This document shows positions 18,571 to 28,558 of a stretch of DNA of 64,000 bases, in pieces. The stretch spans positions 608,001-672,000 of the forward strand of contig OZ244252.1 in the NCBI GenBank assembly GCA_965217185.1, in the 5' to 3' direction. The first letter of the stretch is position 1. Each line of letters starts with the position of its first letter. The stretch is from an uncultured Candidatus Entotheonella sp. GTDB lineage: Bacteria; Tectomicrobia; Entotheonellia; Entotheonellales; Entotheonellaceae. A model generated the notes under the pieces. That model had not been told where the DNA came from and ran no database searches. It saw nothing but the letters and a program-made list of their open reading frames with translations. Made by a program: the position numbers and the translations under genes.

Positions 18571-19823
18571 GTCCGTCCACGAATCCTGCCCCACCAGCCA
18601 TCCGCCTCGGCATCGACCGCCTCGCTGACGACCCCGGCCTGCGCGCGCCGCTGCGCGGGCGGCGGGTGGCATTGCTGGGGCATCCCGCCTCCGTGACCGC
18701 AGACCTGCAGCACAGCCTGGACGCGCTGGCCGCCATGCCGGAGGTGCGTCTGACGTGCGCCTTCGGGCCGCAGCACGGCATGCGCGGCGACAAGCAGGAC
18801 AACATGGTGGAGTCCGCCGACTACCGTGACCCGGTGCACGGGATGCCGGTGCACAGTCTGTACGGCGAGGTGCGGCGACCGACGGCGGCCATGCTGGATG
18901 GGTTCGACGTGCTGCTGGTGGAATTGCAGGACGTCGGCTGCCGTATCTACACGTTCATTACCACGCTGCGCTACATGCTGGAAGCGTGCTCGGCGCACGG
19001 CAAGGCCGTGTGGGTGCTGGACCGGCCGAATCCCGCCGGACGCGCCGTGGAGGGGCTGCGGCTGGAGCCCGGCTGGGAGAGCTTTGTCGGCTCGGCGCCG
19101 CTGCCGATGCGCCACGGGCTGACCATTGGGGAGCTCGCCCGCTGGTTCGTGCGGCACTTCAGGCTGGACGTGGACCTGCGGGTGATCGAGATGACGGGTT
19201 ACGACCCGGATCGAGGGCCGGGTTACGGCTGGCCGGTGGGGGAACTGTCGTGGGTCAATCCCAGCCCCAATGCTGCAGGGCTGTCGATGGTGCGGGCGTA
19301 CAGCGGCACCGTGCTGATCGAGGGTACCACGCTGTCGGAGGGACGAGGAACGACGCATCCGCTGGAGGTCATAGGGGCACCGGATCTGGATGCGCAGGGG
19401 TTGCTGGAGGTGATGCGGCGTCTGCGGCCCGAGTGGCTGGCCGGGTGCCAGTTGCGACCGTGTTACTTCGAGCCGACGTTTCACAAGCATGCCGGGCAGT
19501 GCTGCGCGGGACTGCAAATCCACGTCGATCATGGGGCGTACAGGCCGGAGGCGTTCAGCCCGTATCGGCTGGTGGCGCTGCTGTTGAAGGCGGTGCGGGT
19601 GTTGGCGCCGGATTATCCGTTGTGGCGGGATTTCGCGTACGAGTACGAGACCGAGCGGTTGGCGTTTGACGTGATCAACGGCGGGCCGCGGCTGCGCGCG
19701 TGGATTGATGACCCGCAGGCGGGGTGCGATGAACTGGAGGAACTGTTGATCCGTGAGGAACGCGCATGGCACGAAGAACGGCGGGCGTTTATGCGGTATT
19801 CAGGCGGTGAGGGTGAAGGATGA
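18567..19823 (+). CDS. Exo-beta-N-acetylmuramidase NamZ family (DUF1343)
   Basis: FGPQHG, SLYG, LQDVGCRIYTF, LDRPNP, PMRHGLTIGEL, WVNPSPN, SEGRGT. Confidence 0.9.
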   Translation: MSPSTNPAPPAIRLGIDRLADDPGLRAPLRGRRVALLGHPASVTADLQHSLDALAAMPEVRLTCAFGPQHGMRGDKQDNMVESADYRDPVHGMPVHSLYGEVRRPTAAMLDGFDVLLVELQDVGCRIYTFITTLRYMLEACSAHGKAVWVLDRPNPAGRAVEGLRLEPGWESFVGSAPLPMRHGLTIGELARWFVRHFRLDVDLRVIEMTGYDPDRGPGYGWPVGELSWVNPSPNAAGLSMVRAYSGTVLIEGTTLSEGRGTTHPLEVIGAPDLDAQGLLEVMRRLRPEWLAGCQLRPCYFEPTFHKHAGQCCAGLQIHVDHGAYRPEAFSPYRLVALLLKAVRVLAPDYPLWRDFAYEYETERLAFDVINGGPRLRAWIDDPQAGCDELEELLIREERAWHEERRAFMRYSGGEGEG

Positions 19824-20330
19824 CGGGTGGTGGAAGTCGGGGGCATCGCCCGGGTGGTGCATGGCCCAGAAGGTGCGTTGCCCGTCAGCCAGGCGGATGA
19901 TGGCGGCGGGTGCGAGACGGTAGGAGCCGAGGTGCTCCAGTGCTGCGATAGGGACGGTGCAGGAAAGGCAGAGGCCGTGCGGGCGGCGTTGGGTTCTGAT
20001 CCGGGCGGCAATGCGGCGTTCTTCGGTCATGCCGCGGCGGTAATCGGCGAGGGCGAGGATGTTCCAGTGTCCGGCGGGGGAGGCATTGAGTTCCCAGTAA
20101 TTGGGGTGATGGATCGGTCCCCAGAGGAGCTCGAAGCAGGTGTGGCGCCAGAGTTGCAGACGCCGCGCCGGGTTTGGCGAGGGGGCGGGAAGGTCGGCCG
20201 GGCGGTTGAGACCGCTGAGGTCGTACTCGATCCGCAGGGTATCGTTGGCGATGGCGAGGTGGCCGGTGAGCGTGGGGTGCGGCATCTCCGGCCAGTGGAA
20301 GGGGGTCAGGGTAAAGACGGCATTGCGCAT
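19800..20330 (-). CDS. DOMON-like domain protein
   Basis: LWRHTCFEL, YWELNASPAGHWN, FWAMHHPG..PDFH. Confidence 0.8.
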   Translation of the reverse strand: MRNAVFTLTPFHWPEMPHPTLTGHLAIANDTLRIEYDLSGLNRPADLPAPSPNPARRLQLWRHTCFELLWGPIHHPNYWELNASPAGHWNILALADYRRGMTEERRIAARIRTQRRPHGLCLSCTVPIAALEHLGSYRLAPAAIIRLADGQRTFWAMHHPGDAPDFHHPSSFTLTA

Positions 20331-20385
20331 GGGTTGGCTCCTCGGCTGGGGGTTGCGTGAGGTGAATGTCGCATGGAGGTAGAGG

Positions 20386-20874
20386 ATGACGCAAACAAAT
20401 CGCTCGATTCTACGGTTTCAGGTCGTCGCTCTGGTGTGTTTGCTGGTGCTGGCCAGTCTGTCGGGTTGCGGCGGGCGTAAGCAGCGCGGGGTGAATTATC
20501 AGCCGCGTAAGGGGAAGTACGAGACGATTACGATGGAGGTGACCGCGTATTCGTCGGATCAGCAGAGCACCAATTGGCGGCGGGGGCGGATTCTGTTCTG
20601 GCGCGCCTACGTGGCCAGCGGGCCGAACAAAGGCAAGCGCAAGATCGTCGGGCTGACCTCAAGCGGCAAGTGGGCGCGTTACGGCACCATCGCCGCCGAT
20701 ACCCGGTACTATCCGTACGGCACGGTGATGTTCATCCCGGGCTATGGCAAGGGGGTGGTGGAGGACATCGGCGGGGCGATCAAAGGTCCGCGGCGGCTCG
20801 ACGTTTATTTCAAGACGCGGCGGCGGGCGCTCAAGTGGGGGCGTCAGACGCTGCCGGTGCGGGTGAGGCGGTAA
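20386..20874 (+). CDS. 3D-domain lipoprotein (lytic transglycosylase-like)
   Basis: Lipobox LSGC; VTAY, IAADTRYYPYGT, VEDIGGAIKG, LDVYF. Confidence 0.85.
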   Translation: MTQTNRSILRFQVVALVCLLVLASLSGCGGRKQRGVNYQPRKGKYETITMEVTAYSSDQQSTNWRRGRILFWRAYVASGPNKGKRKIVGLTSSGKWARYGTIAADTRYYPYGTVMFIPGYGKGVVEDIGGAIKGPRRLDVYFKTRRRALKWGRQTLPVRVRR

Positions 20875-20879
20875 GCGCC

Positions 20880-21443
20880 ATGCGCAGAAGCGGGTTGGTG
20901 TTTGCCGCCAGTGCCGTACTGGCCGGAGCGTTGCTGGGGTGGCTGGTGTCAGGGTACGTACGTACGCCGAAACCGCCGGAAGCGGTGCGGCCGCTGGCGG
21001 GGGTGCCGTTGACGTCACACACGGGCGAGACCGTTCGGGTGGATGATTATCGCGGTAAGTTGCTGGTGCTGGTGTTCGGGTGCGTGTCCTGCTGGGAAGC
21101 CGGCAGTTCGGTGCTGGACGAGCTGGCCCGCGCCCTGCAGCGGCTGGATGGCCGCGCAGACGAGGTGCAGGTGTTGGTGGTCAGCACTGATCCGCAGCGC
21201 GACGAGCCCGGCTGGCTGGTTGGCTACGTGATGGCGTTCGGCCCCCGTTTCGTCAGCGTGGTGGGATCACCCGAGGTCATCCGGCGTGTGGCGGCGTTCG
21301 GTCTGACACCCGGCGACCTCGATGCCGCACCGGTGATGGTGTTGGACCAGCGCGGCCATTTGCGGCTGTTGTTCCCGTTTCGTATCTCCGCCCCGTCGCT
21401 GGCCGAAGATCTGGCTGTCCTGTTGCGCCCCGTGCGGTCGTGA
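20880..21443 (+). CDS. SCO/SenC-like thioredoxin-fold protein (degenerate Cys motif)
   Basis: N-terminal TM helix, LTSHTGE..DYRGK, VSTDPQRD; FGCVSC instead of CxxxC. Confidence 0.7.
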   Translation: MRRSGLVFAASAVLAGALLGWLVSGYVRTPKPPEAVRPLAGVPLTSHTGETVRVDDYRGKLLVLVFGCVSCWEAGSSVLDELARALQRLDGRADEVQVLVVSTDPQRDEPGWLVGYVMAFGPRFVSVVGSPEVIRRVAAFGLTPGDLDAAPVMVLDQRGHLRLLFPFRISAPSLAEDLAVLLRPVRS

Positions 21444-21515
21444 AGCAAGGCGCCGCCCCGCGTGGCACACCGGATATGGGCGTGATACGATGCGCCGCGC
21501 GCCGGAGCAGTTGTT

Positions 21516-21546
21516 GTAGGTCGGATTAGCGCAACGTAATCCGACA
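21516..21546. repeat. GTAG-type REP palindrome
   Basis: GTAGGTCGGATTA-GCGCAACG-TAATCCGACA, intergenic. Confidence 0.75.
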
Positions 21547-21620
21547 TTTCCGACACACTCGTGCCGGAGCGATTACCGGCACCTTAAGGAATTGATGACG
21601 ACGACACGGAGGACACGGCT

Positions 21621-22676
21621 ATGACGCAATACGTATACGCGGGAGCAGGGCATTGGCTGTCCGGCGGTGAGGCGACGTCGGGCGGGCTGTTGCGCAAAGA
21701 GATCGACGGGCGCACCTGGGAGCCGTTGAGCAACGGGTTACCGGCGCAAGCGGAGGTGCGGACGATTGCCATTCACCCGGACAACCCGGCGGTTGTGTTC
21801 GTCGGCACGCAGGACGGCCCGTATCGCAGCACGGACGGCGGCGATCATTGGCAAAAGCTGCCGTTTCCCGATCCGGCGATGGTGGTGTGGACGATCATTT
21901 TTCATCCCAAGGACCCGCACACGCTGTTTCTGGGCGCTAGTCCGGCAGCGGTGTACCGCAGCGACGATGCCGGCGATAGCTGGCGGCGGCTGACTATCGT
22001 GGAGACCACCGGGGCGGTGCACATGGGGTTCGACATGCGGGTGATCCGGCTGGCGGTGGACCCCACCAATCCCCAGGAAATCTACGCTGGCCTGGAGGTC
22101 GGCGGGGTGATTCGCAGCCTCGACGGCGGCAATACGTGGGAGGACTGCACCGAGGACCTGCTGCGGCTGGCTGGGATGGAGCACCTGAAGAGCCGTATTG
22201 GCAGCGATACGGACACCGAGGGGATGATGGACTCTCACGCCCTGAGCATCAGCCCGGCACAACCGGGCACGGTGTTCCTGGCCACGCGCATGGGCCTGTT
22301 CCGCAGCACCGACCACGGCGGTAGCTGGACGGACATGCAGGTGGGGCGTTTTTCGCCGCTGACCTACGCGCGCGACGTGCGAGTGGCGCCGCACGATGCC
22401 AACGTCATGTATGCCGCGCTCAGCCCGGCGGCGCGCAGCGAGGACGGCTCGCTGTACCGCAGTGAGGACCTGGGCCAGACGTGGCGGCGCTTCGACCGCG
22501 GCGTGACGCCAAAGAGCACCATGATGAGCATCGGCCTGAGCCGCCAGGACGCCAATCGGGTGTACTGCGCCACGCGCGGCGGTCAGGTTTTCGGCACCCA
22601 GGACGGCGGCGAGACGTGGGACGAATTTCCGCTTCCGGAGGGTCTGGAAGACGTTTACACGGTGGCCTGCGCTTAG
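21621..22676 (+). CDS. BNR/Asp-box repeat beta-propeller protein
   Basis: Multiple SxDxGxxW Asp-boxes (STDGGDHW, SDDAGDSW, SLDGGNTW, STDHGGSW, SEDLGQTW). Confidence 0.85.
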   Translation: MTQYVYAGAGHWLSGGEATSGGLLRKEIDGRTWEPLSNGLPAQAEVRTIAIHPDNPAVVFVGTQDGPYRSTDGGDHWQKLPFPDPAMVVWTIIFHPKDPHTLFLGASPAAVYRSDDAGDSWRRLTIVETTGAVHMGFDMRVIRLAVDPTNPQEIYAGLEVGGVIRSLDGGNTWEDCTEDLLRLAGMEHLKSRIGSDTDTEGMMDSHALSISPAQPGTVFLATRMGLFRSTDHGGSWTDMQVGRFSPLTYARDVRVAPHDANVMYAALSPAARSEDGSLYRSEDLGQTWRRFDRGVTPKSTMMSIGLSRQDANRVYCATRGGQVFGTQDGGETWDEFPLPEGLEDVYTVACA

Positions 22677-22724
22677 GTGCGCCGGCTGACAAGCACGACA
22701 ACGATTTCACGCGATGAGGACGCT

Positions 22725-23492
22725 ATGGCGGACAGACTGGCGGGAAAGGTAGCCCTGATCACCGGTGGTGCGAGCGGGCAGGGAAGGGAGGCGGCGGTGC
22801 GCTTTGCCGCCGAAGGGGCGAAGGTGGTGCTGAGCGACGTGCAGGAGGAAGGCGGCGTGCGCACCATGCACATGGTTCAGGAGAACGGCGGCGACGCCTT
22901 CTTCGTGCCCGCCGACATATCGGTGGAGAGCAGCGCCCGCGACATGGTGGAGGCCGCTTTGCGGCAGTACGGCGCCTTGCACGTGCTGTACAACAACGCC
23001 GGGGTGATCGGCGAAGGTCGTGACGGCTTGGTAACCGATGTGGACGTCGACGCCTGGGAGTTCATCCTGAATGTCAATCTGCGCGGCATCTTTCTGTGCG
23101 CCAAGTACGGAGTTCCGGCCCTGATCGACGCCGGCGGCGGCTCGGTGATCAATACCGCCTCGGTGGCGGGCCTGATCGGCAGCCCGAACTCCGGCCACGC
23201 CTACGCTGCCAGCAAGGGCGGGGCGATTGCTTTGACGCGCGCCATGGCGGCCTCGTATGCGAAGTATCAGGTGCGGGTGAACGCGATCTGCCCGGGCACC
23301 CTGGAAACGCCGATGACCGCCGATCTTCTGCAGGTGAGCGACCGGCACCGCGAGATTGTCGCCCAGCACCCGTTAGGGCGGCTGGGGGTGGCGTCGGACA
23401 TCGTGCATCTGGCCGTCTACCTGGCTGCCGACGAATCGGCATGGGTGACCGGCGGCGTGTTCACCGTTGACGGCGGCCGCACGGCCACGTAG
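22725..23492 (+). CDS. SDR family oxidoreductase
   Basis: TGGASGQG, NNAG, YAASK, VRVNAICPG. Confidence 0.92.
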   Translation: MADRLAGKVALITGGASGQGREAAVRFAAEGAKVVLSDVQEEGGVRTMHMVQENGGDAFFVPADISVESSARDMVEAALRQYGALHVLYNNAGVIGEGRDGLVTDVDVDAWEFILNVNLRGIFLCAKYGVPALIDAGGGSVINTASVAGLIGSPNSGHAYAASKGGAIALTRAMAASYAKYQVRVNAICPGTLETPMTADLLQVSDRHREIVAQHPLGRLGVASDIVHLAVYLAADESAWVTGGVFTVDGGRTAT

Positions 23493-23525
23493 CGAAAGGG
23501 CCGCGTCGCGGCAAGAAGGGAGCCA

Positions 23526-23927
23526 TTGGTGACCACCATCCTGGCGTGCCTCGCCGCCCTGTTCACGCTGTCCACCGCCTTGGCGCAACCGGCGCCGATT
23601 CCCGCCTACCGGGACATGACCCCCCGCACGCTTCTGCGCGCCCCATGCCCGGCGGGGGAGGTGGAGCGGCTGGCATGGCACGCTGCCGGCCCCGACGGAC
23701 AACCGTTGGAGGCGTACATCATCAGCACCTGGCGCTGGCGGCAGCAAGACGTGATGATCGTCGAGTACCCGCCGCCAAACAGCGGCGAGACGACGCGTTT
23801 GTGGATCGACTTGGACGGCGATGGCCGCGCCGAGGAGGTCTACGACAGTATTGATGCGATGGGCAAGGTGTACCCGCACTCGTGTCTGATCTTCGAGAAG
23901 GCCCGCCGACTGGCTGATGGTGGCTAA
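23526..23927 (+). CDS. Hypothetical secreted protein
   Basis: Signal-peptide-like N-terminus ending ALA; DLDGDG loop; two Cys in the mature part. Confidence 0.6.
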   Translation: MVTTILACLAALFTLSTALAQPAPIPAYRDMTPRTLLRAPCPAGEVERLAWHAAGPDGQPLEAYIISTWRWRQQDVMIVEYPPPNSGETTRLWIDLDGDGRAEEVYDSIDAMGKVYPHSCLIFEKARRLADGG

Positions 23928-23954
23928 ACGGTTGGCCGCTTGGTAATCGGGTTC

Positions 23955-24440
23955 GAATTCAGATACCGCCGCAGCACGTACAGGCCATCCGGCGTGTAGG
24001 GCGTGTGCCCGGCGTGCGACAGGACGTCCGCCACCGGCATGAGCGCTTTCTACTTCCTCTTCCTGTTCCTGCAAGACCAATTCCCCGTCATACACGCACG
24101 AGAAAACGCTGCCCCACACCTGGGTGTCGTCGTCCGCGTAGTGGAAGACGAACTGGTGGGCGAGGGGCACGTCGTGAATGCCGACCTCCTCGGCGAGCTC
24201 GCGCCGGGCGCCCGCCTCGTAGGTCTCGCCGGCAAGAACGACGCCCCCGGCGGCGATGTCGTAGTAGCTGGGGAAAACGTCCTTCGTGGCGGTGCGTTTC
24301 CGCACGCACAAGTCGCCGCGGGAATTGAAGACCAAAATGTAGGTGCTGCGATGCGGGAGGCGATTCTGCCGCATGTCCCAGCGGAGCGCGGACCCGACGA
24401 CGCGGTTCTGGTCATCGACGATGGCGACGATTTCATCGGC
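23955..24440 (-). pseudogene. Degenerate second copy of the NUDIX hydrolase gene
   Basis: Aligns over about 485 bp with 31531-32015; lacks the start codons and has indels near 24040-24070. Confidence 0.85.
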
Positions 24441-24554
24441 AAGGTCCTGTTCAGGTTCAGACAAGTAGAAGGCCAGGATTACTTTGGGGTAAGATAGCGG
24501 CTCTGTCGATTGGCAGTTGACACTGTTGTACAGTCTTCTGTGAAAGGCTTTGCG

Positions 24555-25283
24555 ATGCCACGATCTACACTTGCGACGCTCGATATCGAGTACCCGGATT
24601 CGGACGGTCTGCCCATGGCCGAAAGTGAGTTCCAGTTCAACCCTATCGTATATGCCGTCGGGGCCCTTCGGAACCACTTCCAGGACCACGACAACATCTA
24701 TGTTGTTGGCAACCTGTTGCTGTATCACGAAGAAGGCAATCGATCGGCTTCGGTGGCGCCGGATGTCTTCGTGGTGTTCGGGGTCTCCAATCACACCCGG
24801 TCGTCCTACCTGCTGTGGCAGGAACCCAAAGCTCCGGACTGGGTGTTGGAAGTGACCTCGCGGAGTACTCGGCAAGTCGATCAGGGAAAAAAACGGGACC
24901 TTTACGCGCGTTTGGGGATACCGGAATACTGGCAGTACGATCCGACGGGTGATTACCTCGACCCGCCCCTGCAAGGCTTCGCGCTATCTGGTGGTCGGTA
25001 TGATACGGCGCTTGCATTGGAACGGGTGGATGCTGTCTGGAGTGCGTTTAGCCCGGTGCTTGGGCTGAATCTGCGTCTTGATGGGGGTGTGCTACGGTTT
25101 CACGATCCGCTGACGGATGAATACCTCTTGACGCACCTGGAAGAAAACAGGGCGCGACGGATGGAAGCCACAGCACGACAAGCGGAAGTCCAGGCGCGGC
25201 GGAAAGCCGAAGACCGTGTGGCTGAACTGGAGGCCCGTCTGCAAGCCTTGCAGTCGTCACCGCCGGACCAACCGGAAAGGTAA
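24555..25283 (+). CDS. Uma2 (DUF820) PD-(D/E)xK-family protein
   Basis: EYPDSDGLPMAES, VAPDVFVV, VLEVTS, KRDLYARLGIPEYWQYDP, coiled C-terminal tail. Confidence 0.9.
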   Translation: MPRSTLATLDIEYPDSDGLPMAESEFQFNPIVYAVGALRNHFQDHDNIYVVGNLLLYHEEGNRSASVAPDVFVVFGVSNHTRSSYLLWQEPKAPDWVLEVTSRSTRQVDQGKKRDLYARLGIPEYWQYDPTGDYLDPPLQGFALSGGRYDTALALERVDAVWSAFSPVLGLNLRLDGGVLRFHDPLTDEYLLTHLEENRARRMEATARQAEVQARRKAEDRVAELEARLQALQSSPPDQPER

Positions 25284-25535
25284 GCTAAGCGGGAGTTGGC
25301 CTGCTGAAAGCATACCTTCCGCGGCTTCGCCCCCTGCCAACCAAGCATGACTGCACCATCTCACCAGGGAATACAGGAGGCGTAAGCGTCCAAGGGTCTG
25401 CCTTAAACACGCCCGTCTAAACGCATACGTTCTTGTTACTGGCTTGATAGAGTCCTTGTCGCGTGGGCGGGAAACATAAATTGGGTGTGTTCTGACAGCA
25501 TACTGTTAGCAGGCAAACAAACTGGACCTATTTGA

Positions 25536-25946
25536 TTAGGCTATGACATTCGGAACGATGCCAGCGTTGATGAAAGTCAGCACCTCGGAGATGTCTGCCA
25601 TAGGTACTTTTGCACGTCGCGCGTGGTTGTTGAGAATTGCCATTTGCCTTCCTTGCCTCTGTTGTGTTCTGCGTGAGGCGTAGGTCACGTCGTACAGAGT
25701 GTACCCGGCTTCCTGGAATATGCGACGGACAATTTCAGGGAAAGGTATCCTCTCTCCAGTCGTTATGGCTCTGCTATTGGGAACGATGATCGTGCAGCGA
25801 CCATTATCTGGCTGTGCCTGTTTGAATCGTTTCGCGATTGTTGTTATGGCGTCGGCCCAACTTGCCGGGTCCATGTTAGCCAAGTCGTTGGGTAAATCTG
25901 AGTACTGGCCGTTAGCCAAGCCGCAATACGGTGGGTCCATAATAAT
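25536..25946 (-). pseudogene. C-terminal fragment of an amino (N4/N6) DNA methyltransferase, cut by IS5
   Basis: IIMDPPY catalytic motif begins right at the IS left end; no SAM-binding motif I remains. Confidence 0.65.
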
Positions 25947-27234
25947 GGGCATCTCTAATAATACCCATCTCCCACGTGGTTTAGAATCACTGAAACACGT
26001 CAACCAACAAGGCCGGAGGAGTGCAACATGGCTCAGATGGGCTTTTTCGATATCGAGAATCGCTACGCCGCTCTGGACGCCAAAAACGATCCCCTGGTGA
26101 AGGTCAACGCTGCCGTTCCGTGGGAAGCGTTCCGCAGCCGCCTGGAGAGAGTCTGGCGCAAGCCAGCCGACAAGCGCAAGTCCAATGCGGGGTGCAAGCC
26201 GTGGGATGCCATCGTCATGTTCAAGGCCATCATTTTGTGCGCCCTCTACAATCTGTCGGACGACCAGGTCGAGTATCAGATGCGCGACCGCCTGTCCTTT
26301 GTGCGCTTCTTGGCCTTGACACTCGAAGACAAGGTGCCCGATGCCAAGACGGTGTGGCTCTACCGCGAACAGTTGTCACAGGCCGGCCTCATCGATGCCT
26401 TGTTCGAGGATTTCGACGGCTACCTGAAAAGCCAGGGCTACCAGGCAATGGGTGGCCAGATCATCGATGCTTCGATTGTCGCGGTTCCCATGCAACGCAA
26501 TCGTCGTGACGACAATGAGCAGATCAAACGGGGTGAGACACCTGAGGCCTGGGCCGACAAGCCAGCCAAGCGTCGACAAAAGGACAGGGATGCGCGCTGG
26601 ACGAAGAAGCACGGCAAGAGCCACTATGGCTACAAGAATCACGTCACCATCGACCGTCGGCACAAGCTGATACGGCGTTACCGGGTGACGGATGCGGCGG
26701 TGCACGACAGCCAAGTGATTGAGGAGTTGCTTACGTCGGACAACACGGCAAGCGGTGTCTGGGCGGACAGCGCCTAGCGGTCGAAAGCCATTGAAGCGAC
26801 GCTGAAGGCCAGGGGTTTGAGGAGTCGGATTCATCGCAAGGGCTATCGCAACCGTCCGTTGCGTGATTGGGAGAAAGCAGGCAACCAGAGCCGTTCACGG
26901 TTTCGGGTACGGGTAGAGCATGTCTTCGGGGCGCAGCAAAACGACATGGGCGGGACGTTGGTTCGCAGCATCGGGCTTGTACGGGCGAGGGCGCGGATAG
27001 GTCTTAAGAACCTTGCCTACAACATGCGTCGCCTGATTCAATTACAACGCCTTGCGAGCGCCAGTTGAGCGCCAACGGTGCGGAAGGGTGCACCGGAGGC
27101 CCTCATTGGAAGGCGAATCCTCCTTGCTGGGAGGCAGTCCCCCTGGACAGCCGAGTTCATTTTCTCACCGACATGCCAGCGAATTGCCACTCTCGCCATC
27201 TATGACTATCCACGAGGCATTTTTCGAGATGCCC
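25947..27234 (+). mobile_element. IS5-family element copy 1; transposase 26028-27068 with in-frame TAG at 26775
   Basis: TIRs GGGCATCTCTAATAAT / ATTTTTCGAGATGCCC; VPDAKTVW, IIDASIV, DARWTKK, HYGYKNH, VEHVFG. Confidence 0.92.
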
Positions 27235-28370
27235 ACTCGTCTCCCACTTGGTTTAGAATCACTCAAACACGTTAACCAAAAGGCCGGAGGAGTTGAACAT
27301 GGCTCAGATGGGCTTTTTCGATGTCGAGAAGCGTTACGCCGCTCTGGATGCCAAGAATGACCCCTTGGTGAAGATCAATGCCGTCGTTCCATGGGAAGCG
27401 TTCCGCAGCCGCCTGGAGAAAGTCTGGCGCAAGCCAGCCGACAAGCGTAAGTCCAATGCGGGGTGCAAACCCTGGGACGCCATCGTCATGTTCAAAGCCA
27501 TCGTTCTGTGCGCCCTCTACAATCTGTCGGACGATCAGGTGGAATATCAGATGCGCGACCGCCTGTCCTTTGTGCGTTTCCTGGGTCTGACCCTTGAAGA
27601 CAAAGTGCCCGACGCCAAGACCGTGTGGCTGTACCGGGAAGAGTTGTCACAGGCTGGTGTGATCGACGCCTTGTTCAATGACTTTGACGGCTATCTGAAA
27701 ACCCAAGGCTACCGGGCGATGGGCGGCCAGATCATTGATGCGTCGATTGTTGCGGTTCCCAAACAGCGCAACAGCCGTGCTGACAACGCCCGGATCAAGC
27801 AAGGCGAGACGCCCAGGGAGTGGGCGGACGAGGCGGCCCGGCGCCGTCAGAAAGACACGGATGCGCGGTGGACGAAAAAGCACGGCAAGCGGTGTGTGGG
27901 CGGACAGCGCCTAGCGGTCGAAAGACATTGAGGAGAAGATCAAGGGAAAGGGTTTGACGAGTCGGATCCATCGCAAGGCTTGTCGTAACCGTCCATTGCG
28001 TGATTGGGAGAAGGCCGGCAACAGAAGTCGTTCACGGTTTCGGGTCCGGGTAGAGCATGTCTTCGGGGCACAGCACAACGACATGGGCGGGACGTTGGTT
28101 CGCAGCATCGGGCTTGTACGGGCGACGGCGCGCATCGGGCTCAAGAATCTCGCCTACAACATGCGGCGCCTGGTTGGGTTGCAGCGTCTTGGGACGGTGG
28201 GTTGAGCGTAAGCGGTGCGAGGGGTGTACCGGATGTCCTCTTTGACAGGCAAATCCCCGTTGCCGGGAGACGAAATGCCCCGGAAAGCCGAGTTTATTTT
28301 CCCACCGAAACGGTGCGAATGGCCAATCCTGTCATCTTTGACCATCCGTGAGGCATTTTTCGAGGTGCCC
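27235..28370 (+). mobile_element. IS5-family element copy 2, diverged; 134-bp internal deletion and in-frame TAG
   Basis: Homologous to copy 1; right TIR ATTTTTCGAGGTGCCC; deletion between CACGGCAAG direct repeats; left TIR missing. Confidence 0.9.
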
Positions 28371-28390
28371 GAGTATTATTAGAGATGCCC
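28371..28390 (-). repeat. Isolated inverted IS5 left terminal repeat
   Basis: GAGTATTATTAGAGATGCCC is the reverse complement of GGGCATCTCTAATAATACTC. Confidence 0.85.
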
Positions 28391-28511
28391 TTAAATATTG
28401 TTTTTCGGACAGATTTTGACGAGCTTCATGTATGCGGTTTCCCTGTTCCACAATAGCCCGCCCAGCGTCGGTGTTCATGTTTGATATGTAGCGGTGCCAG
28501 TTTCTTGGCAT
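28391..28511 (-). pseudogene. 5' fragment of the gene downstream of herA, truncated by the IS block
   Basis: GAGGAG RBS, then MPRNWHRYISNMNTDAGRAIVEQGNRIHEARQNLSEKQYL running into the TIR. Confidence 0.6.
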
Positions 28512-28558
28512 GACTTTCTACTCCTCGCAATGAGCTTTCAGGCAAGCAACCGCCTGAT

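Noticed and set aside
23373..24974. 533-aa minus-strand ORF as a real NUDIX fusion protein
   Set aside because: It is a chance read-through joining antisense Uma2 sequence, the NUDIX pseudogene and the antisense of the neighbouring gene
25941..28400. Clean IS insertion whose removal restores an intact MTase gene
   Set aside because: Joining the flanks at the putative TAA duplication leaves the two fragments out of frame and without a SAM-binding motif, so sequence has been lost
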